Part shown: one piece after another, positions 32,840 to 37,231 of the stretch
Numbering within the stretch: the stretch's first letter is position 1
Layout of the letters: each line of letters starts with the position of its first letter
Assembly: GCA_944363815.1 (NCBI GenBank)
Contig: CALVVI010000001.1
Coordinates: 1-37,231 of the forward strand
From: an uncultured Bacilli bacterium
GTDB taxonomy: Bacteria > Bacillota_I > Bacilli_A > RF39 > UBA660
DNA length: 37,231 nt
Reading direction: 5' to 3'
Notes under the pieces: generated by a model
The model's database searches: none
What the model saw: the letters and a program-made list of their open reading frames with translations, nothing else
What the model was told of the DNA's origin: nothing
Program-made: the position numbers and the translations under genes

Positions 32840-33955
32840 ATGAATGATAATTTAAATAAGAAAGTTACTAAAAATATTGTTAATTATATTATTGTGTTTT
32901 TTGTAGGCTGTTTAGTTATGTATGCAGTAATTTATTTTTTTCCTACAACCGTGACTGAATCTGTTACAAAAGAAGTTAGAGATGTAACAATTAATGATAC
33001 TGGTATAGCAGAAGCTGTTCAAAAAATATATGATGCTGTAGTAGTTGTATCAACATACAGAGATAATACATATACTGCATCTGGTACAGGTTTTGTTTAT
33101 AAAAAAGAAGGGAATACTTATTATTTATTAACAAACTATCATGTTATTGAAGATGGTAATAATGTAACAGTAACATTTACTGATGGTAGTGTTGAAGAAA
33201 CTGAAATTGTAGGTCATGATGAGTATGCTGATATCGCAGTTTTAGCTTTAGAAACTGATAAAGATTTAGTAGTAGCTGAACTTGGTAATAATGAAGAAAG
33301 TAGAGTTGGAGATACAGCGTTTGCAGTTGGAGCTCCACTTGATAGTGTTTATTCTTGGACAGTTACTAGAGGAATTATTTCTGGGAAAGATAGAATGGTA
33401 GAGGTTTCTTTGACAGATAGCACTAATACTAGTGATTATGTTATGAAAGTTTTACAAACAGATGCGGCGATAAATTCTGGTAATAGTGGTGGCCCACTTT
33501 GTAATGCTAATGGCGAAGTTATAGGAGTTACTTCCTTAAAACTTATTAGTAGTGGAGTTGAAGGTATGGGATTTGCAATTCCAATTGAAGATGCAGTTGA
33601 AAAAGCTGAACAAATTATTAGTGGTGAATCTTCAGCATATCCTTATATTGGTATTTCAATGTTAGATTTTTCAAATGCATATTATTCACAATACTATAGT
33701 TTAATTAGAAACTCTGGCTTGGACAGTGGAGTTATTGTTGTGTCTGTAGAGGACGGTTCTTCAGCAGATGATGCTGGAATTAAAGCAAACGATATAATTA
33801 CTGCTATTGATGGAGAAGAAGTTACAAATATTGCGTATTTAAGATATTATTTATATCAACATGAAGTTGGAGATACAATAACAGTAACGATATTTAGAGA
33901 TGGGGATACTCATGATCTGGAATTGACACTGGGTTCCGATGGACAAACTCTTTAG
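32840..33955 (+). CDS. htrA: HtrA/DegP-family membrane-anchored serine protease with PDZ domain
   Basis: N-terminal TM, 'GSGFVY'-type 'GTGFVYKK', 'TNYHVI' (His), 'ADIAVL' (Asp), 'TDAAINSGNSGGPL' (Ser) and a PDZ 'GVIVVSVEDGSSADDAGIKANDIITAIDGEEV'. It starts 1 nt after the Abi_2 stop, and its RBS lies inside the abi 3' end. Confidence 0.9.
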   Translation: MNDNLNKKVTKNIVNYIIVFFVGCLVMYAVIYFFPTTVTESVTKEVRDVTINDTGIAEAVQKIYDAVVVVSTYRDNTYTASGTGFVYKKEGNTYYLLTNYHVIEDGNNVTVTFTDGSVEETEIVGHDEYADIAVLALETDKDLVVAELGNNEESRVGDTAFAVGAPLDSVYSWTVTRGIISGKDRMVEVSLTDSTNTSDYVMKVLQTDAAINSGNSGGPLCNANGEVIGVTSLKLISSGVEGMGFAIPIEDAVEKAEQIISGESSAYPYIGISMLDFSNAYYSQYYSLIRNSGLDSGVIVVSVEDGSSADDAGIKANDIITAIDGEEVTNIAYLRYYLYQHEVGDTITVTIFRDGDTHDLELTLGSDGQTL

Positions 33956-33969
33956 GGTTTGTTTTTTTT
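33943..33969 (+). terminator. Rho-independent terminator of htrA
   Basis: ACAAAC (33943-33948) / GTTTGT (33957-33962) spanning the stop codon, followed by a T-run to 33969. Confidence 0.6.
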
Positions 33970-34015
33970 GAAAAACATTACTTGTAATAATATATTTAAA
34001 TAGTTTATAATAATA

Positions 34016-34621
34016 GTGAAAGGAAGAATGAAATTTTTGATTTTTAAAAGAATTGGAGCATATGCCATAGATTATTTGTTTATATTTTTACTTCTTACTA
34101 TGTTGAGTCAGATTAGATTTTTGAATCCTACATATGATTTATATATGGATAATTACGATAAATATTTAGATATTATGGATAATCTTAGTTCAGAAAATGT
34201 TTTAGATATTATAAATGATAGCGAATATCAAGAAGTTAACTATAATTTAAGTAAGTATAGTGTAAGTGTATCAATAACTTCAATTATTCTTTATTTAGCT
34301 TATTTTGTTGGCTTTCAAAAATGGAATAAGAACCAAACTTTAGGGAAAAAGTTATTTAATATTTTTGTAAAAAATAAAAAAGATGATGGTAATCCTTCAT
34401 GGGGGCAAATGTTTTTAAGAACAATTATTCTTTATAATATTTTATTTGAAATATTTCTTATAATTTCTTTATATATTTTTAATGCTTCTGAATATATGGT
34501 AGTAAGTAATATTATTACAATTTTAGCTGCTATTGTGTTTTATGCTAATGTATTTTTTATCATATTTAGAAAAGACAATGCCGGTATTCATGATTTGATA
34601 GCTAAAACTAAAGTAAATTAA
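34016..34621 (+). CDS. RDD family membrane protein
   Basis: 'KRIGAYAIDYL' N-terminus, 3-4 TMs, 'TLGKKLFNI.V' and C-terminal 'GIHDLIAKTKV' follow the RDD-domain pattern (R...A...D ... G.K..G..V ... HD..A.T.V). The start is ambiguous (GTG 34016 vs ATG 34028). Confidence 0.75.
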   Translation: MKGRMKFLIFKRIGAYAIDYLFIFLLLTMLSQIRFLNPTYDLYMDNYDKYLDIMDNLSSENVLDIINDSEYQEVNYNLSKYSVSVSITSIILYLAYFVGFQKWNKNQTLGKKLFNIFVKNKKDDGNPSWGQMFLRTIILYNILFEIFLIISLYIFNASEYMVVSNIITILAAIVFYANVFFIIFRKDNAGIHDLIAKTKVN

Positions 34622-34665
34622 AAAGAAGAAAATTATTTAGCTTTATTTAATTTTCTTCTTTTTTT
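34622..34665. terminator. Long AT-rich hairpin between the convergent RDD gene and the 209-aa gene
   Basis: Perfect 14-bp stem AAAGAAGAAAATTA (34622-34635) / TAATTTTCTTCTTT (34648-34661) with a 12-nt loop and flanking A/T runs. It overlaps the last codons of the minus-strand ORF. Confidence 0.5.
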
Positions 34666-35272
34666 CTAGTGTTGGGGGATTAGCAAAATCATATGAGGTA
34701 ACACTTGTTATTTTATATAAGTGTTTTAAGGTATAAAACATATCAGAATATGCTAAGAATGCTTCATTATATTTTTTTCCTTTATATAGGTGAGTTACAG
34801 GAATAATATAATTAGTTAATAATTCTTGGGCAATTAATTCTTTTTGAGGATCTTTTTCTAAAGCGTCTTTTAGTAGTCGTCCATACATATCATATTCAAC
34901 TAAGAAGTTAAAATATTCTAGGTTTTGTTGAAGATAATTTTCGCGAAATTCAATTATAGTAATAAAATAATCAGCTGTATCAATACCAAGATTATTTCTT
35001 ACAAACGTAGCAATATACCACCATGAAGAACTTCCTGGACGATAGCCATAGCGATTGTCTAAAGCTTTTAGGGCTTTTTCTATATCGCGGTCTTTTCTTC
35101 GCCGGTCTTCACTATATCTACTACAACTGTAATCAAATGGAAATCTTTTATAATAAGATGAGCCAAAGACTGTACCATTAGCATCACAGCCATAACCATC
35201 GCGATCAGCTCCCCGAAGATCATCAATTCGGTAATGAATGCAAGATGCACATTTTTTATAATAACTACTCAA
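34643..35272 (-). CDS. Hypothetical protein with a Cys-rich N-terminal module and a helical C-terminal domain of unknown function
   Basis: 209 aa. The N-terminus is 'CASCIHY...GYGCD.....SCSRY' (5 Cys, possibly a zinc ribbon), followed by an Arg/Asp-rich linker. Then 'WWYIATFVRNNLGI...EFRENYL....L.VEYDMYG..L' resembles a widespread uncharacterised 'C(F/Y)ITTA...FRD..L...EYY' family. This is from recollection only. Confidence 0.65.
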   Translation of the reverse strand: MSSYYKKCASCIHYRIDDLRGADRDGYGCDANGTVFGSSYYKRFPFDYSCSRYSEDRRRKDRDIEKALKALDNRYGYRPGSSSWWYIATFVRNNLGIDTADYFITIIEFRENYLQQNLEYFNFLVEYDMYGRLLKDALEKDPQKELIAQELLTNYIIPVTHLYKGKKYNEAFLAYSDMFYTLKHLYKITSVTSYDFANPPTLEKKKKIK

Positions 35273-35343
35273 AATAAATACCCCCTTACTTGTTTTTGTA
35301 TTTTAACATATTTGTTTATTAGTGTCAATTTTGATATAATTAG

Positions 35344-36075
35344 ATGGGTAGTAATATGGCAAGAAGAAAAAAAAGAAAATATTTAAATAAAATTTTAGTA
35401 ATTATTTTTTTGAGTTTATGCTTTTATTTGGGATATTATTTTAAAGATGCTTTTTTAGAAACTAGTGAATCTCACGAAATAAAAAGCTATTCGTCGTTAG
35501 AAAATGTTCCCGAATATAGTGGAGAAGCATATATTTATTTAAATAATAATGTTCCTGAATTTAGTGATGATGAAAAAAATATTGAAAGCTTTGAATATTA
35601 TAGTGATCTTGACTCTTTAGGTAGATGTGGTGTTGCTTTTGCAAATGTTAGTGTTGATACAATGCCTACAGATGAAAGAGAAAGTATTGGTGAGGTTAAA
35701 CCAAGTGGGTGGCATACAGTAAAATATGATATTGTTAGTGGTAAATATTTGTATAATAGATGTCATTTGATAGGATATCAATTAACTGGAGAAAATGCTA
35801 ATGAGAAAAATTTAATTACTTGTACAAGATATATGAATGCAACAACAATGTTAGAATTTGAAACAGAAGTAGCTAATTATATTGAAGAAACTAAAAATCA
35901 TGTTTTGTACCGAGTTACTCCTTATTTTGAAGGTGATAACTTAGTAGCAACTGGAGTACAAATGGAAGCATATTCGGTAGAAGATGATGGACAGTTACAG
36001 TTTAATGTATTTGTTTATAATGTTCAACCAGGCGTAGTTATTGATTATTTATCTGGAAAAAGTCATTTAGAGTAG
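35344..36075 (+). CDS. Membrane-anchored/secreted DNA/RNA non-specific endonuclease (NucA/EndA, Endonuclease_NS_2-like)
   Basis: Basic N-terminus plus TM 'ILVIIFLSLCFYLGYYF'. 'LDSLGRCGVAFANV', 'GWHTVKY' and 'YNRCHLIGYQLTGENANEKNLITCTRYMN' match the DNA-entry nuclease active-site region ((D/N)R(G/S)HLIA..L.G......NL...T...N). ATG 35356 is an alternative start. Confidence 0.85.
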   Translation: MGSNMARRKKRKYLNKILVIIFLSLCFYLGYYFKDAFLETSESHEIKSYSSLENVPEYSGEAYIYLNNNVPEFSDDEKNIESFEYYSDLDSLGRCGVAFANVSVDTMPTDERESIGEVKPSGWHTVKYDIVSGKYLYNRCHLIGYQLTGENANEKNLITCTRYMNATTMLEFETEVANYIEETKNHVLYRVTPYFEGDNLVATGVQMEAYSVEDDGQLQFNVFVYNVQPGVVIDYLSGKSHLE

Positions 36076-36086
36076 AGGTTTTACTG

Positions 36087-36587
36087 ATGAAATTAGAATA
36101 TTTAAAATGTATAAGTGAAAATATAGATTTAGATGAATATATTGAATTTGGAGAATATGTAAAGGCAAATATGCATAATCCTGACTGGCTAGGAGATTTT
36201 TCACGGGAAGATTTAATTAATATGTTAAATCAGGGAGCTAAAATATGGATTTATTATAATGATACTGATTTAGTGTGTTCAATGATGTTTATTCCTAGTA
36301 GTAGAGAATCTTTAGAGAGTTTTGACTTAAATTCTTTGAATTATTTAGATGTTGCAGATTATGGGCCAATATTTGTAAATCCAAAATATGTTGGTAATGG
36401 TTTACAGTATCAAATGTTAGAAATATTGGATAGTTATGCTAATAATAAAGGATATAAATGTGCTTTAGTAACAATTCATCCCGAAAATACTTATTCTATT
36501 AATAACTTTTTAAAAGATGAATTTGAATATCAAAACACCAAAAATTTTAAAAGGGGAGTAAGAAATATTTATATGAAAAAACTATAA
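36087..36587 (+). CDS. GNAT family N-acetyltransferase
   Basis: 'GPIFVNPKYVGNGLQYQMLEILDSYANNKGYKCALVTIHPENTYSINNFLKDEFE' contains the acetyl-CoA-binding (Q/R)xxGxG/A-type motif and the typical beta4-alpha3-beta5 pattern. Confidence 0.8.
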   Translation: MKLEYLKCISENIDLDEYIEFGEYVKANMHNPDWLGDFSREDLINMLNQGAKIWIYYNDTDLVCSMMFIPSSRESLESFDLNSLNYLDVADYGPIFVNPKYVGNGLQYQMLEILDSYANNKGYKCALVTIHPENTYSINNFLKDEFEYQNTKNFKRGVRNIYMKKL

Positions 36588-36902
36588 TTATTTCAAAAAG
36601 TTTTCTAGATTAAAATTATAGCAATTAATTATTTGATTATTAAGTAGTATATATAAATTATTTTTCATTATTTTGTAGTTTATATTGTTTGTAGGGATAC
36701 TGAATAGTAAATAAAACTCTGGTAATGGTTGTGTTCCACTGCCCCAGATGGGATTTCCTTTATTGATGTCATAAAATACTAATAAATTTTTTTCAGTTAA
36801 TATGAAATTAGTTAAATAATAACTATTATTAAACTTGATATTTATATTAGTGGCTTCTTTGATTATCGTTTCATTATTTGTTTTGAAATTATAATTATAC
36901 AT
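36588..36902 (-). CDS. Hypothetical 104-aa Asn/Ile-rich protein
   Basis: An AGGTG RBS lies 7 nt before the ATG. There is no TM and I recognise no family. Its stop codon directly abuts the GNAT stop (36587/36588). It could be spurious in DNA this AT-rich, but no competing ORF exists. Confidence 0.55.
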   Translation of the reverse strand: MYNYNFKTNNETIIKEATNINIKFNNSYYLTNFILTEKNLLVFYDINKGNPIWGSGTQPLPEFYLLFSIPTNNINYKIMKNNLYILLNNQIINCYNFNLENFLK

Positions 36903-36945
36903 ATTTTACACCTAATACTATTGTACTATATGTATAAAAAAATAA

Positions 36946-36986
36946 AAAGATTTTCCTAAATTGTAATGGAAAATCTTTGCTTTTTT
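36946..36986. terminator. Hairpin terminator downstream of tRNA-Trp
   Basis: 11-bp stem AAAGATTTTCC (36946-36956) / GGAAAATCTTT (36968-36978) with an 11-nt loop. T-runs on both strands (TTTTTT at 36981-86 on +, and the A-run at 36937-45 read on -). Confidence 0.6.
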
Positions 36987-36988
36987 CT

Positions 36989-37062
36989 TGGCAGGGGCGG
37001 AGAGAATCGAACTCCCATCAAAAGTTTTGGAGACTCCTATGCTACCATTATACCACGCCCCT
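36989..37062 (-). tRNA. trnW: tRNA-Trp (anticodon CCA), 74 nt with encoded CCA end
   Basis: The reverse complement reads AGGGGCG-TG-GTAT-AATGGTA-GCAT-A-GGAGT-CTCCAAA-ACTTT-TGAT-GGGAG-TTCGATT-CTCTC-CGCCCCT-G-CCA. It has a perfect 7-bp acceptor stem, a T-arm with a TTCGATT loop, and an anticodon loop CU-CCA-AA. The D-stem is weak (1 Watson-Crick pair, 2 G-U and 1 A-C). Confidence 0.88.
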
Positions 37063-37080
37063 AAATGAGCTGACATAAAG

Positions 37081-37089
37081 ATTATAACA
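37081..37089 (-). promoter_or_regulatory. Candidate extended -10 promoter for tRNA-Trp
   Basis: The minus strand reads TGTTATAAT (TATAAT is the complement of 37081-37086, TG of 37088-37089), ~18 nt upstream of the tRNA 5' end. Confidence 0.35.
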
Positions 37090-37164
37090 TAATAAATTTG
37101 GTATTTCTAGTTTTTCTTTAACTATTTTAATTTTAATAACATAAAATATTACTGGGTGGTTTTA

Positions 37165-37231
37165 ATGATTATAAGTTATACATCTAATGAATTAGAACTT
37201 TTGGCAAGAATTATGCGAGCTGAGGCACTTG
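37165..37231 (+). CDS. 5' fragment of a SleB/CwlJ-type (Hydrolase_2) spore cortex-lytic enzyme, truncated by the window end
   Basis: ATG 37165 after a GGGTGG RBS. 'MIISYTSNELELLARIMRAEAL' matches the conserved 'E...LLAR....EA.GE' start of the Hydrolase_2 domain. Only 22 codons are visible. Confidence 0.55.
   Translation, partial: MIISYTSNELELLARIMRAEAL

Noticed and set aside
8406-34027. N-terminal extensions in the ORF track at 8406, 12158, 12834, 15003, 17818, 18742(-), 25189 and 27968, plus 34016 where the choice between GTG 34016 and ATG 34028 remains open.
   Set aside because: The internal starts align with the family N-termini and sit at proper distances from Shine-Dalgarno sequences. 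The extended versions overlap upstream genes or promoters. Where the choice is still ambiguous (20274, 34016, 35344) I kept the track coordinate and noted the alternative.
36989-37062. The weak D-stem of the tRNA-Trp (only one Watson-Crick pair in the canonical register) raised the possibility of a tRNA pseudogene.
   Set aside because: The acceptor stem (7/7), T-arm, TTCGATT loop, anticodon loop (CU-CCA-AA), discriminator G and encoded CCA are all canonical. The gene also has its own promoter-like element and terminator. An alternative 3-bp TAT/ATA D-stem register exists. tRNAscan-SE should still be run.

Overview
This is an AT-rich chromosomal window (roughly 70% A+T by eye) from a low-GC, endospore-forming Bacillota member. 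gerQ, cwlD, a sleB/cwlJ-like start and whiA are present. The gene content looks Erysipelotrichaceae/Clostridia-like, but that is inference only. I call 47 protein-coding genes (40 on +, 7 on -), one tRNA-Trp(CCA), and a set of sigma-A-type promoters and hairpin terminators. I see no rRNA, CRISPR array, transposase, integrase or prophage.

The backbone is housekeeping and falls into these blocks:
- (i) A tightly coupled operon: rplI, dnaB, M23/LysM/G5 peptidase, walJ-like MBL hydrolase, rlmH, MYG1, ung.
- (ii) A same-strand cell-envelope supercluster: a MurJ/YtgP-like flippase, three tandem FemXAB-family transferases, ftsEX, and two paralogous coiled-coil M23 endopeptidases.
- (iii) yvcK-whiA-nrdG.
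- (iv) The conserved Firmicute block ecfA-ecfA'-(ecfT)-truA-rplM-rpsI-methyltransferase...cwlD. Here the two ecfA genes are shortened, motif-less relics and ecfT is missing.
- (v) htrA, an RDD protein, a secreted nuclease, a GNAT and tRNA-Trp.

Small accessory islets interrupt this backbone. The candidates most worth a second look are:
- (1) A minus-strand pair made of a 702-aa internally repetitive membrane protein and an 83-aa DUF1292-like acidic protein.
- (2) A second, smaller 'membrane protein + paralogous DUF1292-like protein' cassette with its own strong promoter, between truA and rplM.
- (3) The degenerate but still open and translationally coupled EcfA1/EcfA2-like ORFs.
- (4) A solitary Abi_2/HEPN abortive-infection gene fused transcriptionally to htrA.

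Everything rests on reading the sequence and on motif-level recognition from memory. No database search was possible.
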